Below, piece by piece: positions 11,329 to 24,728 of a stretch of 64,000 nt of DNA. Location: NCBI GenBank assembly GCA_030141605.1, contig JAQGDQ010000195.1, positions 62,001-126,000 on the forward strand. The letters run 5' to 3'. Numbering within the stretch: the stretch's first letter is position 1; each line of letters begins with the position of its first letter. Under the pieces are notes generated by a model that worked only from the letters and a program-made list of their open reading frames with translations, did not search any database and was not told the origin of the DNA. A program made the position numbers and the translations under genes. The stretch is from Tubiluchus corallicola (Eukaryota; Animalia; Priapulida).

Positions 11329-13833
11329 GATTTAAATCCCACAAAAACGTTCTCAAAATGAAAAGTGCAAGTTTTAATGTCGTTTTGGTAACCTTTTCGT
11401 TTTGCGGACGTTCCTTGAAAGGCTTGACGAAAGGCAGGGTATTTTTCATTAAATATCACCACCAAACTCAAAGGTCAATTGCATGTGAAAACTGGTCAAA
11501 ATTCGTCAATTGATTCAAAATTATTTCACCTTTATCATCACAACACATTTAAAAATTAAGTATTTCCAGCCGAAATATTCTTTCGCTTAAGGTCTACAAA
11601 TCCCAACTTACTTTTTACTGAATTAGCTGCATAAAATTTCAAGATTGACCACAACAAGGTTAATTTCATTCCTTGAAATTATTCCATGAGAGAGAAACCT
11701 GTCAGTTATTAAGATTGAATTTTAATATTTCACATATTTATCGAAAACGAGGCAATCAAGTGTTAAAATTTTGAAAAGACACAGTCCATTTGTCAAATAG
11801 TTTGACATTAATTTTGTTTAGTTATTTATTTTTACGTTTTTTGTTTTGTTTTTGCGAAACATAAACTGAATTTACTTATTTGTTTAGTATAAACCAAATT
11901 TAGTTGCAAGTAAGGTCAACGAAAATTCATTCCTACGTTTTCCCGTGGGAATCCCAGTCCCAGCACATTTCCAAAAACAGCATTCCTAATTGGGAAACGC
12001 GGTACTTTTGAATTCTTTTGCAGAACTGCCTGCTCCTTGTCCATTCTGAGCGAGTTGACATGCGCGCCATTGTGTTCGGTAAAATGCAAGTTTCGGGTGC
12101 GTCGTAAAACACTTTAATGGCGCTTCCACAGAACAATGATCCCCAGAAGTCCTGCCGGGCAAGCACTGGACAGGTATGCCACTGTGGGTTGTCCATTTTA
12201 CTGTCTAATGTCGCCAGACCCTTGGGCAATAATCATCGTTCGCTTTTGAACTGTCGCCGTTCACAGGGTGATTAGGGTTGGCAACTAATTGTTTTATAGT
12301 CCTGGGCAAGGCAATGCGCAAAACATCAAACTGATCAGACAAACAGAAGGCGCTAAATATTGTTACCTTTTCATTTTCGAAATCGAGGACAGACAAATTA
12401 TACACGCTACACAAATTAGAAAAGCTCCATATGACAAAAGACATTGCAAAATAGTCACTGAGACTTTACAAGGCAATTTGGGTCGAAAGAGCTTTTGATG
12501 TTAATACTGAATGTATACATATATCTAGTTTTTGTGACTCTAATGTGCATGCATTTTTTTAATTGTAGTATGTATTTACACACGCTATTGCCACTGTGAC
12601 GCTCAGGCTTATTTTAGGCCAGGTTATGTAACTAGTTCCTACTGTTATAATTTAACTGGATCTGCATTTTACATTTTGCAGTTTTGTATGCAACTTCAAA
12701 TTTATAATGTTATAATTCTAAGTCACGAACCACATATTTGCAATAGCGAAAATTAGACTACATCGTCACATCCACAGTATTTCGATTTTGTCCCGAAAAT
12801 ACCATTGCATAGTTAACATATTACAGTGGAGAAAATTATTAGCGTCAAAGCATTGTTAGTTTTTTAATAAAACCCACTTTTGTTTGAAGTGAACACCACC
12901 AGTCTTTTTAAAATCTGCTAGAAAACACGCTGTAAAAATTGCGCTATATCGGCGTGTAAAATCAAAACATTTTGTAATAAATTAAAAATAAGAAGGAGAA
13001 AAGGTACAGCAGATATTTTTAAACCTTCGCATAAAATTTCATTGAGCCTGCCACTGTTTGCCTTCACCACCAAGTGAAAAATAGTCAAGTTACAGTAGAC
13101 CAACATTGGCACTGAGCCAGCGGGAGAAATAATGAAAGAAGAAAAATGAGAGTATATAAAGAGTATTCAAATATTGGGTGCACCCAAAAACGATGTTATC
13201 GCGTCAGAAGCTCATTATTACAATTAGGTATCGACATGGATTGACTTGAATGCCTGATGCACCGTGTCAAAATTGTGTTTCGAGTTTCGTTCATCCCGAC
13301 AATGGCAATAAATAGGATGTCCGGTTGAAAATTTGACATTCAGAACCTGTTATTTTCGTTTTGCGATATTTAGTTTCCGATATTGTATCTTTTTGGAACA
13401 ACTCAAAAACTAGACAGTACTACTCCACCAGATTTGGCGTACTGTAGCTAGCACTTCTCGGGGGCACTTCTGCTTATAATTTCGGATCGTGACCCTTTGA
13501 CCCGCCTGACTTATAATCCGAAAATCCTCAAAATACGTCTATTTTTGAGAAGCAATTATTCCTACAAGAAGCGCCGTCTATTCAAACGGAAAAAACATGT
13601 ACTACGTCTTGGCTATATCATTGACAAAACCCATTCGATTCCTAATACGTCAATAGTGACTTATATACACACACATATATATGCATATGGGGAAAAGATA
13701 GACTCGCGAAAAAGTAGCTGGCGTAACGGTAGCCTGGCGAAAACACAACTGACGAAGTGGGGTATTACCGTTGCTACCCCTGGTTTATTATGCATCTCAA
13801 ATCTTACGTTGTTATTACTCCGTTAATATTATA

Positions 13834-14406
13834 GGAATGTAGGTAAAAATGGCACATCTTATTTTGATACAAATAAATTCTACAGTAAAACTAAAATGCG
13901 CTCTGTAGGTAGACTTGGCCGAAAGACCCTTAGAAACATGTTCGTCTGATTCTTTTCATAGAAAAAGGCAAAAAAGAAAGAAAAAGAAGCAAACATGCAA
14001 AATATACATGTATACGTATTATGTAGACTAGCAAAATATTTAGCACATTAAATAGAATTATAATCAGTAATGCACAAACGTTCCACAAAGTGGTTGTCTA
14101 CATTTTTGACAAATAACTCAAGACTGACGTATATACGTATTTACATGCTGTCTGCTGATAAGGCTACGTACATGTATGTAAACGCAAAGGTTATAGACAG
14201 CGTTCCGAGCATGAATTTCTCGAAGGGGACTTGGAACTAACTGTCTGTGTACAAACAACGTTGAAGCATAACTTCCTTGGCTGAGGTCAAAATAGCTAAG
14301 ACAATTATCACCACAGTAGCCCTAAACTCGTACTTTAGAAGTGTGCCATCTTTTCCTATTTTCCACTTGTGCCCTTTTTTTCCTGTGCCATTTTTACAGT
14401 GCACCT
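13834..14406. mobile_element. Non-autonomous DNA transposon with modular inverted ends
   Basis: GTAAAAATGGCACA near 13843 is inverted relative to TGTGCCATTTTTAC near 14384. The TGTGCC module occurs three times at the right end. Confidence 0.5.
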
Positions 14407-14569
14407 ATGTTACGATAATAAATATTTTTTATAAGTTCACTACAGTCAAAGGACTTTTTTATTAGCTGAAAGTTCTTAGATCTTTTATTAGTTTCTTTTT
14501 ATGAAGAACCCTGAATTGATTAATTGTTAAATTGTACGAAAAAAGCAGCCAAGCAAATCAACGGATTCA

Positions 14570-14910
14570 AAAATCGTCTAGATTTGGTGGCCGCGTATAA
14601 GTCGTTTAGTATGTCAAATTTCAATTATTTCAGTTTAGGCTGACATGCACGTGGTACCAGAAATACCAAAAAGCTTGAGACGCTGCAGGAAAGAACACTG
14701 CGTTTGTGTTTGGAGATTACATGAGTTTGTGTGAACAGCTAATAACCAAATATAAACGCTTAACACTGTACCTTGACAGGGTGTCATCATTAGCCATAAA
14801 AGTCTATAAATTAATACATGATTAATACATGGATTACATATAAGAGTTGTCTATAACTACGAATGCTGTTGAAAGCCACATTCTTAGGAAGCAAAACGAC
14901 CTGCATATAT
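14570..14910 (+). mobile_element. CR1/L2-group LINE fragment (region C-terminal to RT)
   Basis: From 14596 it reads YKSFSMSNFNYFSLG*HARGTRNTKKLETLQERTLRL, matching the YKSFIxSxFNYCxxVWH...KLExLQERALR motif. Confidence 0.75.
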
Positions 14911-14915
14911 CTAGA

Positions 14916-15683
14916 GGATACAGGTCAAAGGATCACCAACCAAATGACCACCACGGCAAAGGACCACCAGTAAAAAGCCACAGACAAAGACACACCAATC
15001 AAGTATGCACCTGAAAGGGCAAATGACCACCAGTCAAAAAACAATCAGACAAAGAAACACCAATCAAACATATACCTGAAAAGGCAAACAACCACAAGTC
15101 AAAAAACCACCAGACAAAGAAACTCTAATCAAATATACACATGAAAAAGCAAAGGACCACAAGTCAAAAAACCACCTAACAAAGAAACACCAATTAAATA
15201 TACTCCTGAAAAGGCAAAGACCACTGGTTGAAGTACCTGAAAACAAAACTAGCAAATCACTCAAGTCGAAAAACAGTCTGAAACACATTTTGCTTTGTGT
15301 TGAGATAATTATATTATTTGCAGAGGTTACCTGGAAAGTTTTGCTCATTTATTTATCAATACCTTCTACTCACCTAGCAAAAATTCTGCTTTGTGCACGT
15401 AATAATTTTTATGGTGCCATAAATTAAAAAAATAAAAATAACTTAAGTTTATCTTCATTAGGTTTAACCAAACAAGAAAAACAGTTTAGAAATAGTATCT
15501 TATATTTACAGATGTACTATTGACAATGGATACCAGCTAACCGAAACATCTAGTTTTAATAAAGATATTGCTACAATGCCTAACTTCGTTAGACATTCAA
15601 GTGGAAAAATACTCATTGACAAATTTTACATCTTCCTGTGTCATGCTAGTGGTCCTTTGTCTGGTGGTTCTTCGACACACCCG
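14916..15683. mobile_element. Foldback/MULE-like non-autonomous element with internal ~62-bp repeats
   Basis: The left end has repeated AAAGGACCAC modules and about four ~62-bp A/C-rich units (about 14960-15230). The right end GTGGTCCTTTGTCTGGTGGTTCTTCGAC is their inverse. Confidence 0.5.
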
Positions 15684-16503
15684 CAATATCTAAAGTTCGT
15701 ATGGTTTGCAGTCTGTAGCCTTTATGAGGGCAAGCCAGAAATCTAGAATGGACTTTAAGAAAATTTAAAAATGGCCTCTTGTTTAAAAACATTCAAGAAA
15801 TTACTAAGAACTTGGACAGGGGAAAACAGTGAATGCACATTTTGTAATAATTAAAGCTACAGATGCCACTGATGTGTATAAAAAATGTTCCCCCTTACCC
15901 TCCATAAGTCCTTACCCTAAATAACTGTTTATGTGTGTTTTATAATAATTTCATTTTACTCCTTGTAACAGCTGGACATGATTGCCTTATAATGCAGATA
16001 AATAATAGTTTTTTAGTACATTAGTATGAGCCTTAAATACTTGGATTTTGGCTATCACTGTTGTAAGCATGGATGTGAGTATCACTCTGCATTTGGGGCA
16101 GCAGTATTGTATGCTCAGATATGGGCCAGCATTTTTGAAGGCATGGATTTTTGGCAGCGCTCTTGTAGGCAACGAGTTAGAGCAGCACTCTTGTGTGCTG
16201 AGATTTGGGGTGCAGAGGTCATAAGACGTAAGTCATTTATTTCACATTACACATTACACATTTACAATAGTTTCATGTACAATATATAGTGAAAGGGCCT
16301 ACAATGGACATAATACAAATAAGCTTTTATTGTTTCTGCACAAGAAAAGCCTCACCCACTGTTCACCGAGGTGGGACAATCTTCTTGAATAAATGTATTT
16401 GAGGCAGGGCTCTTGAATGCTTGGATTTGGGGTATTGTTCTTGAAGACCACACATTTGGGTGTTCCATTACTGAATGTGTTGTAACTGTACTATTTTAAA
16501 AAT

Positions 16504-18390
16504 ATGGACCTTGTGTCAGCAGCCGAGAATGATGATACTGAAGGAGTGCAGCGTTTACTCAGCCAAAGTCCAGACAGCAGTGCCAGGGACATTGATAGAT
16601 ATCATTCTCTCATGATTGCAGCTGAACAAAGGACATGTCGAAGTTCTACAGCTTTTGCTGCCTGTATCAAAAACTAATGCTAATGACAATGATGGGTGGA
16701 CTACTCTCATGCTTGCAACTTTTAATGAACGTGCTGATGTAGTTGAACTTTCGCTTAAACCTGGAGCAGCTGAATAAAGGGCATGTCGAAGTCCTACAGC
16801 TTTTTGCTACCCGTGTCAAAAACTAATGCTAATGACAATGATGGGTGGACTACTCTCATGCTTGCAACTTTTAATGAACGTGCTGATGTAGTTGAACTTT
16901 CGCTTAAACCTGGAGCAGCTGAATAAAGGGCATGTCGAAGTCCTACAGCTTTTTGCTACCCGTGTCAAAAACTAATGCTAATGACAATGATGGGTGGACT
17001 ACTCTCATGCTTGCAACTTTTAATGAACGTGCTGATGTAGTTGAACTTTCGCTTAAACCTGGAGCAGCTGAATAAAGGGCATGTCGAAGTCCTACAGCTT
17101 TTTGCTACCCGTGTCAAAAACTAATGCTAATGACAATGATGGGTGGACTACTCTCATGCTTGCAACTTTTAATGAACGTGCTGATGTAGTTGAACTTTCG
17201 CTTAAACCTGGAGCAGCTGAATAAAGGGCATGTCGAAGTCCTACAGCTTTTTGCTACCCGTGTCAAAAACTAATGCTAATGACAATGATGGGTGGACTAC
17301 TCTCATGCTTGCAACTTTTAATGAACGTGCTGATGTAGTTGAACTTTCGCTTAAACCTGGAGCAGCTGAATAAAGGGCATGTCGAAGTCCTACAGCTTTT
17401 TGCTACCCGTGTCAAAAACTAATGCTAATGACAATGATGGGTGGACTACTCTCATGTTTGCAACTTTTAATGAACGTGCTGATGTAGTAGAGCTTTCGCT
17501 TAAACCTGGAGCAGCTGAATAAAGGGCATGTCGAAGTTCTACAGCTTTTGCTACCTGTATCAAAAACTAATGCTAATGACAATGATGGGTGGACTACTCT
17601 CATGCTTGCAACTTTTAATGAACGCGCTGATGTAGTAGAGCTTTCGCTTAAACCTGGAGCAGCTGAATAAAGGACATGTCAAAGTTCTACAGCTTTTGCT
17701 ACCTGTATCAAAAACTAATACTAATGACAATGATGGGTGGACTACTCTCATGTTTGCAACTTTTAATGAACGTGCTGATGTAGTAGAGCATTCGCTTAAA
17801 CCTGGAGTTGCTGAATAAAGGGCATGTCGAAGTTCTACAGCTTTTGCTACCTGTATCAAAAACTAATGCTAATGACAATGATGGGTGGACTACTCTCATG
17901 TTTGCAACTTTTAATGAACGTGCTGATGTAGTAGAGCATTCACTTAAACCTGGAGCAGCTGAACAAAGGACATGTCAAAGTTCTACAGTTTTTGCTACCT
18001 GTATAAAAAATAATGCTAATGACAATGATGGGTGGACTACTCTCATGTTTGCAACTTTTAATGAACGTGCTGATGTAGTAGAGCATTCGCTTAAACCTGG
18101 AGTTGCCTACAATGCTAAAAGTAAAGTACCAATAAAATGGCACTCACATTTGCAGCTTGTGCCAACATACCGATATTGTGGCAACATTACTCTGATTAGT
18201 GCTGATCATAAATACTGTTGACACAAGGGGATATACTGCTCTCATACATGCAGCTAAAAATAACAATCAACAAATAATTGATATGCGGCTATAGATAATA
18301 ATGCTGATATTGTTGGAATTTCTGATTTTTGTTGCTGATTGTAATGCCAAAGACAACGGTGGTTTTACTCCACCTTTAATTGCTGCTGAT
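16504..18390 (+). pseudogene. Intronless ankyrin-repeat pseudogene
   Basis: ATG16504 opens MDLVSAAENDDTEGVQRLL...SLMIAAE. It continues with GHVEVLQLLL...NANDNDGWTTLMxATFNERADVVE, GYTALIHAAKNNNQQII and DCNAKDNGGFTP. There are frameshifts and stops throughout. Confidence 0.8.
16621..18105. repeat. 148/149-bp tandem array x10 derived from ankyrin coding sequence
   Basis: GCTGAA(T/C)AAAGG recurs at 16621, 16769, 16918, 17067, 17216, 17365, 17514, 17662, 17810 and 17958. Confidence 0.95.
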
Positions 18391-20367
18391 ACCACAGATG
18401 AGGAAGCCATAAGCATAGTGCCAGTGACATAGCGTGGGTGTGCGAACTGCACACGCAATCCAATACTATAATTTTATTGCTTTCTTGTGATTTTGAAGTA
18501 TTTTTTTTATAATGATTCCAGACAAATAAGGAGGCAAGAAGAACACGATGAAGAACAGGACTAGACAAAGCAGACAAATGTCTAAATTTATGAAAGTTTG
18601 GTATAACTTGAAGTAACCGCGCGTAACTTAATCTGTTATTCACAATGTGGAGGAATCACTAATTGAATTATTTGCTGGGTTGAGTTCATTTTCAAATTGC
18701 TAAGGGACCACGAGCTCTTTGCTGTGTAACCTGTGTCCTAAGTAGTTTCCCAAAAAATAATTGAATTAATGTTAGACTACGGTAAGCAAATATTAAAAGG
18801 AGTCATCAGAGTGCATATTTCTGTTATCAGTTTTTGTGTAAAAAAGGTCTCAAAGTTGCCAAGACTTTTTTTTTAATATTTCATACATCATTAGAAAATT
18901 GGAAGAAATAGCCAATATCCTTTGTAATAAGTGATAATTATATATTATCTAAATGTCGTACATGTGTTTAATTATGACAGCAAGCATATATAAGTGTATT
19001 CTGGTAGGTATTTAAATGTCTTTGTTTACTTTTTGTTTATTCACATTGTAGGGTAAAGTGGGGGAAATTGTGCCATCGGGGGAACATGAGCCAGACGTGA
19101 AGGAAAATGAGCTCCTTTATCGGTGGTAAAAATAACGACATTAGTTTTCCATGCAAATCCATCTTGCAAAAAGGGAGAAAGGAGTGGAACATCGTTTCAT
19201 TGGGATCGAAGTTGGCAAAAAAATTGACGATTTATCAGAACTTATAACCTTTGTATGCATATCCTCTTGTGCATTGATGGCAATGGCATGTCACAGATTG
19301 TTGATCTGTATTTAACAACAGCAAAGACAGCTGAAAACCTCACAAACGCATTGCAGGTTTTTAAAAGGTCATAATGAAGCATGCCAAAAAACACTCATTG
19401 TTATGACAATTGAAAATATGGCTGAACAACAGGTGTTAAACTAGAATTTCCTCAAGCACCTCTGCACCTATGCTTGTTTCACACCGTCACGTATTGATTG
19501 TTTGTTGATAGTTATTCGGTTAGATGCGTCTGGTAACAGGATATGAGGTAGGAGAAAGAAGGACTAAAAATAACTACCGTTATACCATTTCTCGCGTCAT
19601 AGTTTACACTTTGTACCTCACCAATAAAGATTTATTTGATAAAAACTAGCTGGTATATTAAACACACACCTTAAGAAATTTTAGAAAAGAATTTACAGCC
19701 CATGGAGAATTCGACCTTGAATTCACATGTGCTCTTGCGCTCACTCACCAAGATGGCATATGGCAGAACTGTTATTCTTCGCCTTTATTTTTTCAACGCG
19801 TCATCTTACCTCATTATCCTTTCCAGTAACTAACTCATAAGATATTTAAAAATTTTGTCTGCGGCACTTTTGCAGCTGACAATCTTGCTGAAGAAAATGT
19901 TGTACTTTCACCACTGCCCAGTACACAGCAGTCAGCAGTACTGGCAACGGTAGTGATACGTTTACACGATGCTGATAAACGTACGTGTACAAGCCAGCAG
20001 GTGGTACTGTTAACAGCATCGTAGACTTTGCCCCAGGTGCAAAACCAACATGCAGTATGATCCCAGATAAGCAACAATAATAATTACGATGCCTAACCAT
20101 ACCATTTCATAAAAAAGCGAAAGGTATAATAAGTAATCGCATTTTTCAGTATATACTGTTTGCAATTTTTGTTTCTACAGGAGCATAACGAAACTCAAAT
20201 TACCACCAAAACTAAGGCGCAAAATATGCAGAATTAACAGTAACTGTTGTCGAACTAACAGGGAAGAAAGGAAGAAAGGAAATGGGCCTATTAAATTTAA
20301 CTTGAAGTTTCCTTCAGAAAAATAGCAATGTCAATTATTTATGCATGTAATAATAGGTTATGTTAGT

Positions 20368-20487
<120 letters not shown>

Positions 20488-20729
20488 AAATCATTGTTCG
20501 CCATTTTAAAAACATTGACCATCATATTAAAAGTCAGACAATCAGTGTTAGTTCATATAAAAAACATAACTGTTCTGGGCAAATGCGTCTGGTGCAAGCT
20601 AAACTATAAGTGCAACTAGAAATTCAAAAATAAAATATAAACTAGTTTAGTAAGGTCTAGGAAAAATGAAATTATGATTTGAGTAAGTATCATCGTGTTC
20701 GTATGTCGGATATTCAAAACGAGTCATTA

Positions 20730-20990
20730 AATGTTTTTTTTTAATTTAGACTTGAATATTGATAAAGAGCTGCTGTGTTTTAGTGATGTCGGCAATGAAT
20801 TCCAAAGTTGTATTGCTTGCTTAGTAATGGAATTCTTTAACGATACCTAATTGTCTAACGGTGTATTGTTGTCTAATGCAGAAGTGAATAGTATTCTTTC
20901 TTAGAGCTCACTCACTCTTAATTTCTATAGTTTGTAATCACATTATTACGACATGTTTGTTGTTCCTTGGTGATGCACAGTTATGTTTGC
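20730..20990 (-). mobile_element. LINE 3' coding fragment
   Basis: The minus strand reads NSITKQAIQLWNSLPTSLKHSSSLSIFKSKLKK, the LWNSLP...FKxKLK end motif of CR1/L2-group ORF2. Confidence 0.65.
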
Positions 20991-21749
20991 GAAGAATTGT
21001 CAAACATACATCTTCTCTGTGTCACTTTAAATAATTTAGGTAACAGAAATTATTAGTTTGTAGTTATTCTGAGTTGGTTTGCAGAGGAGAAGTATGCACT
21101 GGGCAGCATATATAATGGTACAAAGATTGAATCAAGCAAGATTTCCGTGTCATATAAGACACCAACTTGCTTGGACGAGACTGTATTTGTGGACAATGTC
21201 AAAAAATATTTTACAAAGAAAGGATGGATAAAGGTGAATACCATCATTACAGGGCTTCAGCATGAAGAGTATGCTTACCATTGTTATGTATGTACTTGGG
21301 CTCTAGAAAATGAAAGCATTGCTTGTGACAAAGTTCTGTTTACAATGGGCAGATTTTAAATGTGCTGGCATTTAGCGTGGTTTTCAAAATCAAAAGTATA
21401 GTTTTCTGCCACATGTAAACAGAATTGCTGATCAAAATTGAATCTGAATTGTCACAGCCAATTCTTTCATTTTCTAAAGGCAGTATTAGTGTATATTAAA
21501 AAATTGTCTAGTTTTTGGTACCTTTGTGTTTCAAACTTTTGTCATAAAACTTAGCAAACTATGCTATGCTAACTTCAGGCAGCTATGCTAATCAGTTTTC
21601 AACATGCCACTGACCACTGACAGACTTCATGACTGATTTACAAACTGACTGACTGCTTTTATATTCGGTTGCACTTCTAATTTGTGAAAGTGCCAATATG
21701 TCTGATAAAGTTTGCTGTACTTGTGGGTACACAAGGAACAATTTTAAAT

Positions 21750-22952
21750 TATAGAACAAATCTGTTTCAAAATTTAAAACTACTTAAATTGGCTGATTTA
21801 AAAGATTTAAAAATTCTGTTAATATTGCATGACCTGCTAATAGAGGCCATTTACCTGGAAATTTACAACTGGGAATTTCGTTTATTAATTATCCAATTGA
21901 AATTACAAGACAGCAGGACAACTGCAAAATACCACTGGCAAGATACACTGGCAAGATACACTTGCAAGATACACTGGCAAGATACACTGGCAAGATACAC
22001 TGGCAAGATACACTGGCAAGATACACTGGCAAGATACACTTGCAAGATACACTGGCAAGATACACTGGCAAGATACACTGGCAAGATACACTGGCAAGAT
22101 ACACTTGCAAGATACACTGGCAAGATACACTGGCAAGATACACTGGCAAGATACACTGGCAAGATACACTGACAAGATACACTGGCAAGATACACTGGCA
22201 AGATACACTGGCAAGATACACCGGCAAGATACACTGGCAAGATACACCGGCAAGATACACTGGCAAGATACACTGGCAAGATACACTGGCAAGATACACT
22301 GGCAAGATACACTGGCAAGATACATTGGCAAGATACACTGGCAAGATACACTGGCAAGATACACTGGCAAGATACACTGGCAAGATACACTGGCAAGATA
22401 CATTGGCAAGATACACCGGCAAGATACACTGGCAAGATACACTGGCAAGATACACTGGCAAGATACACTGGCAAGATACACTGGCAAGATACACTGGCAA
22501 GATACACTGGCAAGATACACTGGCAAGATACACTGGCAAGAACACTTTTGAAACTTTTGAAAAAAATGAGTCTCTCATTTCGTGGCGCAAAATTATGGAC
22601 CGATCTAGACGAAGATTTAAAAAATTGTTTTATATAGATATCTGATGTCATTTTATGTTCATTACATTTCAAATACCTTTCAAAATGTGCATTTATTTTA
22701 AACATGTTTTAATACGTGCATCGTCTTTTAATTAGACGAAATATATTACAAGAACAGTTTTTAATAATCATGTTTATTCAACTAATTTAAAAGAGGAAGG
22801 CCTCTATAAGTATTATACTTTCTCCTCACCTACATTACATGTAGTAATATCACACAGACTTATGTAATGATTAATCATTTTAATTATGCAACTTTAATGG
22901 TGTTTTGTACCAATGCAATGAAATGTAAATAAAAATATTTATTTATTTATTT
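21750..22952 (+). mobile_element. LINE 3' end split by a 13-bp minisatellite
   Basis: TNLFQNLKLLKLADLKDLKILL precedes the array and MSLSFRGAKLWTDLDEDLKNC follows it. It ends with AATAAA and a (TTTA)n tail at about 22928-22952. Confidence 0.65.
21933..22541. repeat. 13-bp minisatellite (CACTGGCAAGATA) x~47
   Basis: Near-perfect tandem copies. Explains all six repetitive ORFs here. Confidence 0.97.
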
Positions 22953-24599
22953 AGTTAGATACACGACACCAACAATAATTGTTTAGCAGTGTTATGATAG
23001 TCTGAGCTGCAAATACAAGTCAAATTCATTTGTAATTGATTCTTGGATTCCATAGAGTTTTGTGTAAGGATAAGCTGCCAATATTAGTTAGTCTAATTTA
23101 TTAGTTTTACTGATCGCTGTAAAAAAATTTTAAGGCATTTTTATGTGATGTACGCCTAATTTTTAAACTGTGACATATACCAGCATACCTACCTAACAAA
23201 CTGTTTCAAAGTGGTGTGAGAGCTTGCACTGAAAATATACTAGTCAATATGATAACTTGCCAGTATTAGTTAATTTGTTATTATGTTTACCATTGCAAAA
23301 ATTTGAAAACATTTTTATGTGATGCAAGCTAGCAAGAGCTTATACCAATATCATGCCTATAATTTATAATTAGTTAAATGATTTAAGGTGCTAACTACAA
23401 GTAATTATAATAACCTGATGTGACGATTTATGTGATAATTATGTGATTATGTGATTATCACATAATTATGTGATAATTATGTGATAAATTATGTGATAAG
23501 TCAATGTGTTGTAAACAATATTACTCTATTATTGGTAGATCCTCAACATCTTCTATTTTTTATTAGTCTGTGTCTTGAAATTGCACAGCTGTAAAGATAA
23601 AGTGTTTTGTTATTTACACATGAATTAGTCATAGAGATTAAAACTGTATTATTCTCTTATTGTAAAAACTTTATACTTGACTGCTGGCAACAAATTGCAT
23701 TGCACAATGATGAGGAAACACTAAAACTTGAAGGTTGCACAAATAAAAACAAACCATTCTTGCCGTTATTCTCGAATAGTGCAAAAATTTAATAAGAAAC
23801 TAATTAAAAGACCTTGAACTAAAATTACATTTTTTTCTCCTTTTAATTGCACTACATTAATTCTCAGTAATTCTCACTGTATTTTGTCGTTATCTCTTCC
23901 ACTTATATTTTCCAAAACGTATATTTACAATAAAATGAGGGACCCTAAACGTCCCACCCCTTTCTTGTGTTACGCTAGCCGATTTTTTCCCAGCGATACT
24001 GCATCGTCAGCTCAGCAGACGGGTACTTCTATTTTAAGAAGAGGGGTGAGGTAGGTTTAAAAAGCGTTTTGCTATGCTTCGTGGTATGCAGGTATAAACA
24101 AAGCTGCTTTAACCAAACAAATTTCAAATATTTTCATACCAAACATTATTTTAATTCAGTTCGAGTGCAGCGTATGTACTTCGTGTAGCCCTAGTTACTA
24201 TTATCAGCAGAACTAGCAAACAAATTTTTTTGGAACTTAACCACAGCAATAATATTCACTTCCTATAAGTTATGGGTTTAAGCAACTTCGTCATTGTTTT
24301 AGTCATCTAGTAAAATATCTGTTGTTTATTGTTGTTTTGTTGTGGCGGTGGCTGAGGCTCGTGAAGCTTGCGTACGAACAGCCACGAGGACATAGCAAAC
24401 TAACAAAGCTTTATTTGTAAACTACTTTTGCTTAATTATGAGCTTCTGCGCATAGGTGTGGAAATCCTCCTAAGTAGGTCAAACATGAGTTGATCAACGC
24501 GTGATGTGACACACCTAACTTGGCTTCTGTCTGAGATAATAATTTAATCTTGAATCATCAATTTAATAATGATCAGTTTAATAATTTAGTCTTGAATTA

Positions 24600-24728
24600 T
24601 TAAGAATTTTCTTTTCCAATTAGTTAAAAGTCTTTCAAACAGGTAAGCGTAATGCTAAGTAAAATAACTTTGTATGGAATGTTCTTTGGGATATATATAC
24701 TTTAAAACTCCCGTTTCTTCCCCTTTAA
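24600..24728 (+). mobile_element. Dispersed repeat family A, terminal fragment
   Basis: AAGTCTTTCAAACAGGTAAGCGTAATG...CCCTTTAA is shared with about 26350-26470. Confidence 0.65.

Noticed and set aside
11933-12500. GC-richer segment with short ORFs and an apparent AG...GT-bounded 150-bp plus-strand exon (12024-12173)
   Set aside because: All three frames of the putative exon contain stops, and the minus-strand ORFs show no recognisable domain.
21684-22705. Six long ORFs (HWQDTLARYTGKI / LPVYLASVSCQCI repeats)
   Set aside because: They are translations of a stop-free 13-bp minisatellite.
24435-24530. Another possible minus-strand terminal exon (DRSQVRCVTSRVDQLMFDLLRR...)
   Set aside because: It has no recognisable motif and lies downstream of the better-supported stop exon, so it is probably 3'UTR or intergenic.
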